Shown here in pieces: positions 37,467-50,939 of a DNA stretch of 64,000 bases. Source of the DNA: Octopus vulgaris. Lineage: Eukaryota. The position numbers and the translations under genes were made by a program. How positions within the stretch are numbered: the stretch's first letter is position 1; every line of letters starts with the position of its first letter. Location: the NCBI GenBank assembly GCA_951406725.2, contig OX597834.1, forward strand, positions 17,050,001-17,114,000, written 5' to 3'. The notes below the pieces were generated by a model. The model had not been told where the DNA came from and did no database searches. It saw only the letters and a program-made list of their open reading frames with translations.

Positions 37467-37494
37467 CATAGCCCTTATTGTCGAACACTGGTAT
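37467..37494 (-). CDS. TM-protein gene exon 7, 28-nt microexon: IPVFDNKGY(E)
   Basis: tctttctattttcag acceptor, G|gtaagt donor. Supplies exactly the phase 0 to 1 bridge needed between exons 6 and 8. Confidence 0.8.
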
Positions 37495-37615
37495 CTGAAA
37501 ATAGAAAGACAGACACATGTCTAATTAACAAAAATTCAGAACAATTATGTATGCGTGTGTGTGTATGCGTATCAATCAATCTATCTGTACGTACATACAT
37601 ATATATCGAAATAGG

Positions 37616-37922
37616 AGGCGCAATGGCCCAGTGGTTAGGGCAGCGGACTCGAGGTCATAGGATCGTGGTTTCGATTCCCAGACCAGGTGTTGTGAGTGTT
37701 TATTGAGCGAAAACACCTCAATCTCCAAGAGGCTCCGGCAGGGAGTGGTGGTGATCCCTGCTGTACTCTTTTACCACAATTTTCTCTCACTCTTTCTTCT
37801 GTTGGCCTACTCGCTTTGCCAGTGGGGTGGCGTCATTCGAAGGCTAAACCAACGCGAAATGCAATGTGACCAGCGATGTGTAGCAACATCTGATGGCCTG
37901 GTCGGTCACGTGATCACGTGAT
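37616..37922 (+). mobile_element. tRNA-derived SINE family C
   Basis: A box ggcgcaatggcccagtggttagg and B-box-like ggtttcgattccc. Relatives at about 49730-50035, 60576-60880, 61018-61380 and 63746-64000. Confidence 0.75.
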
Positions 37923-38347
37923 ACTAAAATAATGATTGGGCTGTTAAAGACCTATTGCAAGAAATGCTTTTATTTTGAGTCATTGGACTGCGGCCATGCT
38001 AGGGCAGCACCTTGAGGTTTTTTTGTCAAGCAAGTCAACCAAGTACTTGTAATTTTTTTTAAAGCCTGGTACTTATTCTATCTGCTTCTTTTTGTTGTGC
38101 CACTCAGTTATGGGAACATAAACAAACCAACACTGGTTGTTAAGTGGTGATGGTGGACAAACTTAAAGGCATGCATGCACACACACATACACACATAGGA
38201 TGGGCCTCTTTCAGTTTCCATCAACTAAATCCACTTACAAGGCTTTGGTTGGTCAGAGGTTAAAATAGAAGACAACCGCCCAAGATGCCACACAATCTAG
38301 AACCATATGGTTGGGAAGCAAAATTCTTGCCACATAGCCACACCTGT

Positions 38348-38384
<37 letters not shown>

Positions 38385-38682
38385 CACACACATACACAAA
38401 ACGTGTATGATGGGCTTCTTTCTGTTGCTGCCAACCAAATCCATGTAAAATGTTTTAGTTGTCCCAAGGCTATAGTAGAAGACACTTGTCCAAAATGCTT
38501 TGCAGTGGGACTGAACCTGGAATCATGTGGTTGGGAAGCAACTATTGTTTATGAAATGCATAATATAAGTTTGAAAAAAAAAAATTCAATAAAGAATATC
38601 TTTAAAATAAATCCATGAAATACACCAATTTAGAAACTTCTCAAAAAATGCAAACTTCTAGAGGAAAAAAAAAATGGCTTAC

Positions 38683-38746
38683 CTTCCTAATTTTTTCATT
38701 TGGAAGATGTCTGCTTTTTAGGTTTTCTTGAAAGTTTGCACTTTGC
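38683..38746 (-). CDS. TM-protein gene exon 6: (K)QSANFQENLKSRHLPNEKIRK
   Basis: aacag acceptor (phase 2), AAG|gtaagc donor (phase 0). The only open frame is the required one. Confidence 0.72.
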
Positions 38747-38827
38747 CTGTTATTGATATATAAAAAAAGGTGTTATCACAAAGTACAATAAAAAAAGAAA
38801 GACTATTAACAGAAATGATAGACAAAT

Positions 38828-39296
38828 CAGTGTTTCCCAACTGTTCTACACCTATGGATTCCTTTGATTCTTATTTACTCAGGTGGACCCTCATAACCAT
38901 CCAATGTTTAAAAAATCTTATATTTTTTATAATCAAATATTTAGGAACTGTATGAAAAAAAATTGTTGAAATATTTTGTGTGTTGTCATCATCATCATCG
39001 TTTAACGTCCGCTTTCCATGCTAGCATGGGTTGGACGATTTGACTGAGGTCTGGTGAACCAGATGGCTGCACTAGGCTCCAATCTGATCTGGCAGAGTTT
39101 CTACAGCTGGATGCCCTTCCTAACACCATCCACTCTGAGAGTGTAGTAGGTGCTTTTATGTACCACCAGCATGCGGGCCAGTCAGGTGGTACTGGCAACG
39201 GCGTTGTAGAAGTATAATTGATCTATTGCATATAAACTTTAACAAAACCTTATGTGGACCCCTAAGGGTCATGTGGACCCTAGTTGAGAACCACTG
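38828..39296. mobile_element. hAT-like MITE with a nested (GAT)n-tailed retroposon at about 38990-39200 (-)
   Basis: cagtgtttcccaac ... gttgagaaccactg termini. The nested ccgtccaacccatgctagcatggaaagcggacgttaaacgatgatg family is also at about 5815-5995, 52135-52450 and 57760-58055. Confidence 0.6.
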
Positions 39297-39849
39297 AGAT
39301 GCATGACAAACACAAACACACATATATATGATGAACTTCTTTCAGTGCCTGTCTACCAAATTCACTCATAAGGCTTTGGTTGACCCAAGGCTAGAGGCTA
39401 TAGTGTAAGATTCCACACAGTGGAGCTGAGCCCAGAACCATGTGGTTTGGAAGCAACTCTTTGTCTGGACATCACATGATAGTTGTAAGTGAGCATTAGT
39501 GTCATTCGTTTCCTCTCATTCATGAAAACATGGGAGGATTGCCAACAAGAAGAGCTTCTAGCCATAGAAAATCTCTCATCAAAGTCCATCTGATTCATGC
39601 AAGCATAAAAAAATTAACATTAAAACAATGTCCTTAAATACAGGCATGTCCCCTGCATCCCTCTTCAGCTGAGTGATCCCTAATCTTGTGAGCTCAAGGG
39701 TGCTGATGCCATATAAAAAGCACCTGTGCCGGAGCCATGTAAAAGTACCTGTCCTGGAACTGCGTAAAAGCACCCAGTTCATTCTGTGAAGTGGTTGGCA
39801 TTAAGAAGGGTATCCAGTTATAGAAACCATGCCAAAACAGATGTTTGTG

Positions 39850-40185
39850 TTCAGGTAAATAATACCAAGTCAAAACCTTTCAACATGGGTGTTGGACTTT
39901 GACAAGGAGGTGTATTGTTACCTCTCCTTTTCATATTTTTTATGAACTGGATCGACATACACAGCCATTGTGTAAGTGGTAGTATCACAACTGATCCGAG
40001 TAAGCTGATTATATTTGAAGACAACATGGTGCTCCTTGGCTCATCAGGTGATTTCCGGCATGCACTGAATGGATCTGCTGTTGAATACTGCAAGACAGGG
40101 ATGAGAGTTAGTGCTGCAGAGACTGCGACATTGGTCTTCTCAAGAAAGCTTTCCCAGTGCACTCTTCATGCTACTGGAATATCGC
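39850..40185 (+). mobile_element. Decayed non-LTR reverse transcriptase fragment (RTE/CR1-like)
   Basis: SKPFNMGVGL*QGGVLLPLLFIFFM...LIIFEDNMVLL corresponds to degenerate QGxxLSPxLF and FADD motifs. Confidence 0.75.
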
Positions 40186-40452
40186 CATACGCATACATCA
40201 TCATTAATTAACATCTGTCTTCCATGCTTGGCAGGGGTTGGATCATTTGACAGGAGCTGGCAAGCCAGAGGACTGCACCAACTTTCACTGTCTGTTTTGG
40301 CATAGGTTTTGTGGCCGTAATTGCCTTGTCCTAACACCAACCACTTTACAGAGAAAAAACAAAAAACAAGTCAAAATGGATGTTATACTTATTTAGACAA
40401 AAACAACAGGTAACAAATAAGGTTTCCAGAATATATTATTACTTAGCCTTAC

Positions 40453-40564
40453 TTTTTCTTTTTTTTGCAGGCAAACACAGCCAGTAGAACCAGCAGGCAG
40501 AGTATGATGCCAGCACCACAACCAGCCCCTAAACCGATCCATAGACTCGTGTTGATTAGAGATT
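40453..40564 (-). CDS. TM-protein gene exon 5, transmembrane helix: ESLINTSLWIGLGAGCGAGIILCLLVLLAVFACKKKK
   Basis: ctttgtccag acceptor (phase 1), AA|gtaagg donor (phase 2). Hydrophobic stretch followed by a poly-Lys stop-transfer run. Confidence 0.9.
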
Positions 40565-40739
40565 CTGGACAAAGAAAAACAAAGAAATACAGACATTTTT
40601 AAAAATCATTATAAAAATGATGTAACAACTGAGATTTTGGCTGGTAGATTACAATTAGATAATCAGAAACATATATAGGAAAATCTTTAAAAATCAATTA
40701 TATTGTATTGCATAGCACATTTTTATAAACTTAAGGACA

Positions 40740-40794
40740 TGCACGCACGCACACACACACACATACATGTATGTATATATATATATATATTTAT

Positions 40795-40825
<31 letters not shown>

Positions 40826-40856
40826 ATATATGTACATATATATAAACATACATATA

Positions 40857-40906
<50 letters not shown>

Positions 40907-40955
40907 TACATATATATACACACATATATATATATATACATATATACATATATAT

Positions 40956-41030
<75 letters not shown>

Positions 41031-41125
41031 CATATATATATACATATATACATATATATACACACACACATATATATATATATAAATATATATATAATGT
41101 ACATATATATAAACATACATATATG

Positions 41126-41178
<53 letters not shown>

Positions 41179-41180
41179 CA
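40740..41180. repeat. (TA)n/(CA)n compound microsatellite
   Basis: Directly visible. Confidence 0.95.
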
Positions 41181-41641
41181 AATACACAAACAACCCATTA
41201 CGAATAATTACCAAATCTGCCTCAAATAATGATTGCTAATTCATTTGATAACTTTTAAAATCTGAGAAACCATTTGTGTACAGATTGAATATTTGCTGTG
41301 AATCTTTATTGAACCAGTTCAACATAGACAAACAGTTGCAATATGTGGACACAACGATCAGTATTGTAACTTGGAATTACTGGTTATTTTTGAGCCTTGC
41401 ATCCTTACACCCTTAGTAAGGTGACCCAACGTGGGTCGGTCAAGCCTAGGCCTGTGTCCAAGCGTCATCCTATAGACACCACTGGTCATCTTTTTTTGCA
41501 TCCAAAATCATTTGAATGCTTTCTCAGTAGGCTCTACATTGTTCTTGATAACTCAAGGCTTTAATCGTGCGTGTGTCTGGTCAGAACAGGCCTGGGAATA
41601 TATGATGAAAAAAACAAAAAAAAACAAAGTCAATCACTTAC

Positions 41642-41745
41642 CATTACAAATAATACCCTGCAGAGGTCCGTGCAGAGAAACTTGAGAAACTCCGTTACAG
41701 CTGTCCAAACAGGTATGAGTAGTTTCGTCGATAAAATTAACACAG
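41642..41745 (-). CDS. TM-protein gene exon 4: CVNFIDETTHTCLDSCNGVSQVSLHGPLQGIICN
   Basis: ctttctatag acceptor (phase 2), G|gtaagt donor (phase 1). Second half of a furin-like Cys repeat. Confidence 0.87.
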
Positions 41746-41966
41746 CTATAGAAAGAGAAAAAGCCAATAAGGGTGTTGATATTAATGTTTTCCTATTTTG
41801 GCACAGGGCCAGCAATTTCGGGGTGGGGGTGGAGGAGATAAGTCAGTTACATTGACCCCAGGGCTCGATTGGTACTTTTATTTTTTATTTTTTAGTCTTT
41901 AATACTTCCTTATAATCTGACATTTAGAGAGCATAAAAATTTATAGTCAACCTAAACTTTTCATCA

Positions 41967-42200
41967 TAATAATAATAATAATAATAATAATAATTGTGTA
42001 CAGTGCTCAGGTGCACTACAACTCATCTAAAGTGTATATATAATCAGGTGTAGTTTCGACGGATTTCGGGAAGCATGAGGGCCTTAAAGGATGCAGTGTC
42101 ATGGCAGTCAACAACTGATGCAGGCAGTTTATTCCACGCTTCAGCAACCCTGAGCGTGAAAAAATGTTTCCGAAAGTCATGGGAGCTGTGCTGTTTTCTG
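41967..42200 (-). mobile_element. CR1-like LINE 3' end with trinucleotide tail
   Basis: FRKHFFTLRVAEAWNKLPASVV...SFK, the typical CR1 ORF2 C-terminal motif. Confidence 0.8.
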
Positions 42201-43817
42201 ACTCATCATCATCATTATCACCAACATTTAATGTCTGTTGTCCATACTGGCATGACTTGGACAGTTTGACTAGAGCTTGTAAGCTGAGGGGTTGTACCAG
42301 ACTCCAGTCTGATTTGGCATGGTTTCTATGGCTGGATGCACATCTTAATGCTAACCACTCCAAGAGTGTAATGGGTACTTTTACGTACCACCAGCATGGG
42401 TGCCAGTTGCAAGGTACCAGTATCTGCCATGACTATAATTTCACTGACTTCACAGTGGCAAATCCGAGTCAAGACAACTAGGGATGGAGATGGATGCAGT
42501 GGATCACCTAGCCTCACCTTGCTCCCGCTACTCTACAATGCATTGCTGCAGTCACCTTCCCCTTCATTGAACCACAAAGGTTTCTTTCACAGATTCCACC
42601 AGATCTAGTCTTTACATGTATAGGTAGGCAAGCCCCAATAAGTTAATTAATCCATTGATGGGATGCTGACAGGTGCTACTACACTGGCGCAGAGAGTCGA
42701 CCTGAGAACAATAGTGGCTAAGAGGGAGTTCCATAATTCTTCAAAGACTTTAGAAGTACCAAACCAGGGTCCTACAACTGAATGTAGTTTAAAATCATAT
42801 CAATAGTCTCCTCCACTGATTTGATCAATGGAATGGCTTGTTCATGAAATTAACAAGCAAGTGGCTGAGCACTCCACAGACACACATACTTTCAGATTCA
42901 GTGTGACATATAATGTGACAAGGCTGGTCCTTTGAATTACAGGCACAACTCATTTTCGCCAGTTGGGTGGACAGGAGCAACGTAAAATAAAGTGTCTTGC
43001 TCAAGGACACAACATACCACTGGGAATTGAACCCACCACCTAACGATTGTGAGCTGAATACCCCTAACCACTAAGCCATGCACCTTCATATCAATAGTAT
43101 AAAATAAATAAGTACACCCAATACAATATACAAAGAAAATTCTAATTTATCAATCTGTGGCATTTGCTGTTTGCTGCTAATGGCTGAGCCATTTACTAAG
43201 TTTAAACATCTATCTACTTAATATATTGGATACAACTTGCTGTTGCTTAACTGCTGTAACACACTTTTTATGGCCATCAACACAACAAAGCTTCAACAAA
43301 ATGAAAACTAATAAAATGTGGCATCAATCTATACATTTGTCTTTATTTATCACATGTTATTGCAATAACCAAAACAAACTGCTTGATCCCCCACCCCCCA
43401 CTTTTTATTTTTGTTATCAGATGTCTATCAATGTATGATTCATCTATTGATTTTAAGAGTTATGATGTTCATATCATTACTGAAGAGAATGTTTTGTTTG
43501 TCCAATTGACTAAGAATAGCAGCCAAATCTTTAAATAACATCCTTTCTTCTTAAAAAGAAAAGAAGGGTATATAGCATAATGTAGTTTTATATCAAAAAG
43601 CAATCTCTATATCCAACTTAACATGGTTGTTTTGTTAGAATGCCAAATATTGTATCATTTTCTATGGAGAACATGCTCTTGCTTACCTTCAGCCTCAGTT
43701 TCTAGACATAAATGGTCCCGAGACCAAAGCCTCTACCACAACTTTTAAGAAATGTGGTGGCAAACTAGCTCAGGAAGGAGGGACGCTACTCCCTGAGACC
43801 CCTTTTGAACTCCCTTA

Positions 43818-43848
<31 letters not shown>

Positions 43849-44234
43849 CTGTTTTACTCTTTTACTTGTTTCAGTCATTTGACTGCGGCCATGCTGGAGC
43901 ACCGCCTTTTTAATCGAGCAACTCGACCCCGGGGCTTATTCTTTTGTAAGCCCAGTACTTATTCTATCGGCCTCTTTTGCCGAACCGCTAAGTAACGGTT
44001 GTCAAGCAATGCTAGGGGGACAAACACAGACACAAACACACACACATATATATATATTATTATACATATATACGACAGGCTTCTTTCAGTTTCCGTCTAC
44101 CAAATCCACTCACAAGGCTTTGGTCGGCCCAAGGCTATAGTAGAAGACACTTTCCCAAGGTGCCACGCAGTGGGACTGAACCCAGAACCATGTGGTTGGT
44201 AAACAAGCTACTTACCACACAGCCACTCCTGCAC
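43849..44234 (-). mobile_element. SINE family A copy
   Basis: Reverse complement of 44983-45394 with a small internal deletion. Confidence 0.85.
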
Positions 44235-44248
44235 CATATATATGTAAA

Positions 44249-44501
44249 AATTAATAATGAAGGGTGCCACTTGTAGCACCAGTATGCTAAAGAAAGCAAT
44301 GAAAATAACTCAAAACCACAGTTTCACTTGTACACAAAGGCGAAATTGAGGGAATGGGAGTCTATGGTACAGGGCCTTAGAATTTTACTGCCCGTTCCCT
44401 TCATTTCACTCTTGTGTACAAATGAAAACTGTGGTTTTGAGTAGTTTTGACTGCTATCTTTAGCATGCTGGTGCTACAAGTGGTACCCTTCAATATTAAT
44501 T
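44249..44501. mobile_element. Fold-back (palindromic) MITE-like element
   Basis: Arms of about 110 bp: gaagggtgccacttgtagcaccag...aaaccacagttt / aaactgtggttt...ctggtgctacaagtggtacccttc. Confidence 0.75.
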
Positions 44502-44982
44502 GATAATTTTGCTTTTATGATTCTTTTACGCATGCTAGTCACTGATATTATTGTAAATTATTAATAGTAATATCCTTATATATTTATATATATACATACA
44601 CACACACACACACACACACATGATGGGCTTCTTCCAGTTTCCACCTACCAATTTCACTCACAAGGCTTAGGTCAGCCAGGGTCTATGGAAGACACTTGCC
44701 CAAGATGCCATGCAATGGGACTGAACCCAGAACCATGTGTTTGGGAAGCAAACTTCTTATCACACAACAGAATTTTGGAAAAAAGAAAAAAAATTCCATA
44801 AAAAGTTTAAGAGTAAAATTTTATTTTAGGTTCTATATTTGTTTTGTTTTTGTGTGTTTTTTCCATTCCGTTCAACTTGAGTCATCTTCTGGATGGCTTC
44901 GATCCAAGAATTATAAATGAATCAACACTCCCAGACTAATTGATGATTTTTCATCATCTTTTTAATCCTTTTTAATACTATA

Positions 44983-45394
44983 GGCGCAGGAGTGGCTGTG
45001 TGGTAAGTAGCTTGCTTACCAGCCACATGGTTCCGGGTTCAGTCCCACTGCGCGGCACTTTGGGCAAGTATCTTCTACTATAGCCTCGGGCTGACATAAG
45101 CCTTGTGAGTGAATTTGGTAGACGGAAACTGAAAGAAGCCCGTCGTATATAAGTATATGTATATATATATATGTGTGTGTGCGTTTGTGTGTCTGTGTTT
45201 GTCCCACCAACATCACTTGACAACCGATGCTGGTGTGTTTACGTCCCCGTCACTTAGCGATTCGGCAAAAGATACCGATAGAATAAGTACTGGGTTTACA
45301 AAGAATAAGTCCCGGGTGTCGATTTGCTCGACTAAAGGCGGTGCTCCAGCATGGCCGCAGTCAAATGACTGAAACAAGTAAAAGAGTAAAGAGT
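44983..45394 (+). mobile_element. SINE family A full-length copy
   Basis: tRNA-like head with A and B boxes, central (TA)(TG) tract, gtaaaagagtaaagag tail. Nearly identical to 55489-55908. Confidence 0.9.
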
Positions 45395-45717
45395 ATCCCA
45401 TCCAAGACAGCCTTTCGCCCCACAATACAAACTGATCTATATTAAAACCTTCCATAAAGCTTACATGTTAATTAAAACTTCAAACACAAGATCAAAAACG
45501 ACAAAGTTATTTTACTAAAAACTTCGTTATTTTCCAAAATTAATTGAAGCAAAGACAGTGTATTTCAACATAAATATGGCAAAGAAAGGGTTAAAGCAAC
45601 TTATCCCAACCAGATATAATGTGATTGTATTTTATATCCATTCTAAGAATGAATAAATCTTGCAAGGCTGGGTATGATTACGTGGTGCACCCCCACCACA
45701 TACACTCACACCAACAG

Positions 45718-46240
45718 ACACACATGTACACACACATGTACACATGTACACACACACATGTACACATACACATGTACACACACACATGTACACACACACA
45801 TGTACACACACACATGTACACATACACATGTACACACACACATGTACACACACACACATGTACACACACACATGTACACACACACACACATGTACACACA
45901 CACATGTACACACACATGTACACACACATGTACACATACACACATGTACACACATACATGTACACACACACATGTACACATACACATGTACACATACACA
46001 TGTACACACACACATGTACACGCATACACATGTACACACACACACACATGTACACACACAAACATGTACACACACACATGTACACACACACGTACACACT
46101 CACATGTACACACACACATGTACACATACACATGTACACACACACACATGTACACACACACATGTACACACACACATGTACACACACACACACATGTACA
46201 CACACATGTACACACACACACACACATGTACACACACACA
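45718..46240. repeat. Minisatellite: CATGTA cores separated by variable (CA)n
   Basis: Dozens of catgtacaca.. units, almost purely alternating purine-pyrimidine. Confidence 0.95.
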
Positions 46241-46375
46241 GCTGTCTAAAAATAGTCTCAATGTGATTTACTGCCTAACACATCAACTTTCAAAAGACAT
46301 GGCAATCGACTGATAAGAAAGTAGCAAGTTTTATGTTATGAATGATGAATTAGTATAAAATTTCCGTCAATATAC

Positions 46376-46433
46376 CGAATGCATTTATTTTCAGCATTAC
46401 ATTCTAGGCAATTCGATATATGATCACATCCAT
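46376..46433 (-). CDS. TM-protein gene exon 3: DGCDHISNCLECNAENKCIR
   Basis: poly-T acag acceptor (phase 1), CG|gtatat donor (phase 2). First half of the furin-like repeat (C..NCLEC....KCIRC). Confidence 0.85.
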
Positions 46434-46865
46434 CTGTAAAAAAAAAAAAAGAGAGAGAAAATAGTCAAATAAAGAAATTGTTAATACAAATACTGATTTT
46501 TCTGTACAATTACGTATACAATTCATATTTTTTTCTCATGCAAAAAAGAGAAAAAAAACTTGTTCAGTATTCAAAAGAAAAGCCATGTACAGCAACTTAA
46601 CATGTTTCTAATTATTCTAATTAGATTCTAATTATTCTAATTATTGCATAGGTGCAGGCATGGCTATGTGGTAAGAAGCTTGGTTCCTAGCCACATGGCT
46701 CTGGGTTTATTCCCACAGTGTGACACCTTGAGCAAATGTCTTCTACTATAGCCTTGGACCAACAAAAGAAAACCGGCACAGCCTCCTGGCTTCCCAGACC
46801 CCGGTTGAACCGTCCAACCCATGCTAGCATGGAAAACGGATGTTAAACGATAATGATGATGATGA

Positions 46866-46923
<58 letters not shown>

Positions 46924-47929
46924 CTGCATTGTCACTTTTTTGTTCCCAAATGTGACCCTCTGTAAATTCTAAATTTTATTTTAGAATTTATGGGAGCAAC
47001 TATATATGCATATATCTTTGTGAATGGATCTTTCTGTCAATGTTTGTCTCCCACCACTGCTTGACAACTGCAGTTAGTGTGTTTATGTCTCGTAAGTTAG
47101 TAGTTTGGCAAAAGAGACCGACAGAATAAGTACAAGGCTTTAAAAAAATAAATCTTGGGGTTGATTTGTTTGATTAAAAACCCTTTAAGGCAGTCCCCTT
47201 GCATGGCTGCAATCAAATGACTGAAACAAGTAAAAGATTTAAAAAAAAAGGTAAAAGATTGCATTGGGGACTTTTAGATGGTGTTTTTACTTAAAGGTCC
47301 TTTATAAAAAAAATGGTCATAATGAATATTCAGTGCATTTTTAAATTAAAAAACTAACAAAAAATAACAAAAACAAAAAGGAGTGGAGGAGTGAATGATG
47401 ATGTGACGAGAACTTGTAGAGTAGTTTTAGTTTGAGAAAAATTAATTCAAACAGGTAGAGTGTTTTGCAGTAATTGAAAAGAATGGGTTGACCTGCCATA
47501 TCCTAGTAATACTAGTAAAGTTCCCAGACATGAGTATAATTAAAGAAGCTGTGAAAGGTTAATCAAATGTCACTAATTATGCAAAAGTAAAGGAAGGCTT
47601 AGAGAAATGTATTACCTTTGTTTGAGATACATAGACACAGATTTTCTTTCACTCTCAAACACACATATATGACTATACACACTCACACACACACACACAT
47701 ATACATACATACACACATATACATAGATAAATATATATATATATACACACACACATACATACATATACATACACACACATATATATATATATAAATATAG
47801 GTCAAAGTAGTGAGGAAAGGCAAACAATTAGTCAAGGCAGAACAAGGACATTAGATTTCATTGAATTCAATCTAAAAAAAAATTGCTACATAGCAAATGG
47901 TAAAAGTAGTACCAACTGGTAAAGATAAT

Positions 47930-48290
47930 CTCTGACAGTTGTTTCTGGGATATCCCAGCTATTGGAGCAATGTATTGAGTGAAATATAGTGGAAAGAATT
48001 ATAGGACCAAATGACATACATAATAGTGATAATGCTGGGAGCAAGCCAAAGAAAACAACCCTAAAACCTAGCATGCCCTCTAATAGTACAGCATCCAATC
48101 CACATACAGCAAGTTCCTATGGACCAGATAGATCTGGCTGCAACTGCAAATCTAGGAATGAATGCCTGCTGCAAACCCATTGCAGAAGGTTTAATGTTGT
48201 CTACAAATGCATGGTTCATAACACACTTCACAATTCTACTAGGTACTATATTGGATCTACAATTAATCTCTAGCATTGGCATGTAAAGAC
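47930..48290 (+). mobile_element. Penelope-like element fragment (Cys linker and GIY-YIG start)
   Basis: GCNCKSRNECLLQTHC...NVVYKC...RYYIGST, characteristic of the PLE endonuclease region. Confidence 0.8.
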
Positions 48291-49059
48291 CATCTTATCT
48301 GATGGAGGCGAAGTGGCTGAGTTCCTTTTGAGTGTTGGGCCTCATGGAGGCAATGACCAAGACCTTTGGCATTATGTCGTGCTTGAGAAGAAGACACATC
48401 AAGCTGAGAGAGAGAGAGAGAGAAAGAGGGAAATGGGAGTACTCAGCCAGTATCTGAGAGCTGTGGGATTGAGTCCCGTGGCTGTTTGCTGACCACTTTT
48501 TCCATCTTATAAAGGTAAAATATGCAATCTTCCTGCTGTTTTCATAGCTATACTGCATTCGGAATACTAAATTTCTTGTCTGTATGACACACATTTGACA
48601 CTTCCAAAAACAAAAACAAAAAAAGACAAAACAAGTTTGTTTACATATGTCGTTGCACATATAAATATATATATATGTGTGTGTGTGAGTGTATATACAT
48701 ATGTGTATATATGAATGTATGTCATCGTCATCATCATTATCATCACAATCATCATCATTACACATCTGTTTTCCATACTGCAAATCTGTGTGCGGGTGTG
48801 GGGGTGTGAAAGAGACAGGAAGAGGAAAAAAGAGAGATTGAGAGAGATAGAGAGAAAGGGAGAAATACAGAGAAAGTGTGTAAATGAACTGTTTTCTACT
48901 TATTCATGCCACTTAATGTATGACTCAAAAAGTCCAATCTACTAAAAGATATATTAGTACAAACTGACCGGCCTTCTAGCTGTCACTATTGCATTGCAAA
49001 AATTCTCCTTTTGTGCTAATTTATGCTACATGACCTAACTGGCAGAATGTTACTGTATA

Positions 49060-50350
49060 TACAGCTGTACAATATGGAAAAGTGCAATATAGTATAGTAC
49101 AGAGAACGTTATAGTATAGGATAGCAACATAGTACTGTGGGGCGTAGTATAGTATTGTAGAGCGTTATATAATATAGCGGAAGAAGGTGGTGAGCTGGTA
49201 GAACTGTTAGCACGCCGGGCGAAATGCTTAGCGGTATTTCGTCTGTCTTTACGTTCTGAGTTCAAATTCCGCCGAGGTTGACTTTGCCTTTCATCCTTTC
49301 GGGGTCGATAAAATAAGTACCAGTTACACACTGGGGTCGATGTAATTAACTTAATCCGTTTGTCTGTCCTTGTTTGTCCCCTCTATGTTTAGCCCCTTGT
49401 AGACAATAAAGAAATAAGAAATGTTAGCATGCTATGTGAAATGCTTATTGGTATTTCGTCTGTCTTTACATATTGAATTCAAATTCCGCTGAGGTCGACT
49501 TTGCCTTTCATCCTTTTGGGGTCAATAAATTAAGTATCAATTGCATACTGGGCTCGATCTAATCAACTAAATTCCTCCCCCAAAATTTCAGGCCTTGTGC
49601 CTAGATTAGAAAAGATTATAGAATATAGCAGGATAGTAAATACAGTAGAATATAGTGAACAGTACAGTAGTACACAGGATTGTAGGATAGTACAGTTCAA
49701 TGCAACATAGCTCAGTATAGTATAGTAGTGAAGGCGTGTGGCTTAGTGGTTCACAATTGTAAGGTCATGAGTTCAATTCTGGTGAAGTGTTGTGTCCTTG
49801 AGCAAGACACTTTATTTCATGTTGCTCCAGTCCACTCAGCTGGCAAAGATGAGTTGTACTTGTATTTCAAAGGGCCAGCCCTGTCACACTCTATGTTACG
49901 CTGTATCTCCCTGAGAACTATGTTAAGGGTACATGTGTCTGTGGAGTGCTCAGCCACTTGCATGTTAATTTCATGAGCAGGCTGTTCTGTCGATCAGATC
50001 ATCTGGAATTCTCGTCATTGTAACGGAGGAGTGCCAGTATAGAATAGTATAGTATAGCATAACATAGTATAGTATAGAATAGAATAAAATCGAATAGAAC
50101 AAAATAGTACAGAGAACCATATAGTATAATGTAGGATAACAAAATAGTACAGTGGAAGAGCAGTAGAGTATATAGTATAGAGAACTGTACAGTATAGCAT
50201 AGGAGACTTGGATAGTATAGTGCAATATAGTACAGTACATGCAGAACATAGTATAATACAGTATAGCAGAATAGTATAGTACAGGATATTATACTATAAT
50301 ACAGAATAGTATAGCACAGAGAACAGTACAGTATAGTATAGTAAAATAAT
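49060..50350. repeat. Degenerate (TATAG/TACAG)n pentamer array interrupted by SINE B and C copies
   Basis: 5-bp periodicity (agtatagtatag) visible at 49080-49180, 49620-49725 and 50035-50345. Confidence 0.8.
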
Positions 50351-50816
50351 ACTGGTACTTATTTCATCAACCCTGAAAGGATGAAAGGCAAAGCCAACCC
50401 CAGTGTATTTGAGCTGAGAATGTAAAGACGGATCAAATGTCACTAAGCATTTTGTCTGATCCACTAACAATTCCACACCTTGTTGCCTTAATAATGATAA
50501 TAATAATCCTTCTACTATAGGCACAGGGATCAAAATTTGGGGGAAAGGGGCTAGTTGATTACGTTGACTCCACAGTACTCAACTGGTACTTAATCTATTG
50601 ACCCTGAAAGGATGAAAGGCAAAGTCGACCTTGGCGGAATTTGAACCCAGAATGTAAAGACAGACGAAATACTGCTAAGCATTTCGCCCAGCATGCTAGC
50701 AATTCTGCCAGCTTGCTGTCTTGACTCCACCCATAACAAGACAAAGAAAAATATATCTGGAAACGAAACAACAGAGGCTTTGTGAGAGAAATTGTAGAAG
50801 GTTGCTGTTAACGTAC

Positions 50817-50939
50817 CTTTTCTGCAATCTCTTTTGTTGTCATGCAAAACTGAGTTGTTGTTAAGGCAGCTACAGGAGTTATTATTGCACCAAGCTTTCC
50901 AACCACATGGAACGGTATCATTGCATTCATTTGAGTAAC
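50817..50939 (-). CDS. TM-protein gene exon 2, EGF-like module: GYSNECNDTVPCGWKAWCNNNSCSCLNNNSVLHDNKRDCRK
   Basis: ttcttttag acceptor, G|gtacgt donor. Symmetric phase 1-1 exon with six Cys including CxC. Confidence 0.87.

Noticed and set aside
37616-37690. tRNA-like sequence (also at 44983, 60576, 63746)
   Set aside because: These are SINE heads with A/B boxes that continue into repeat bodies and do not form a complete cloverleaf.
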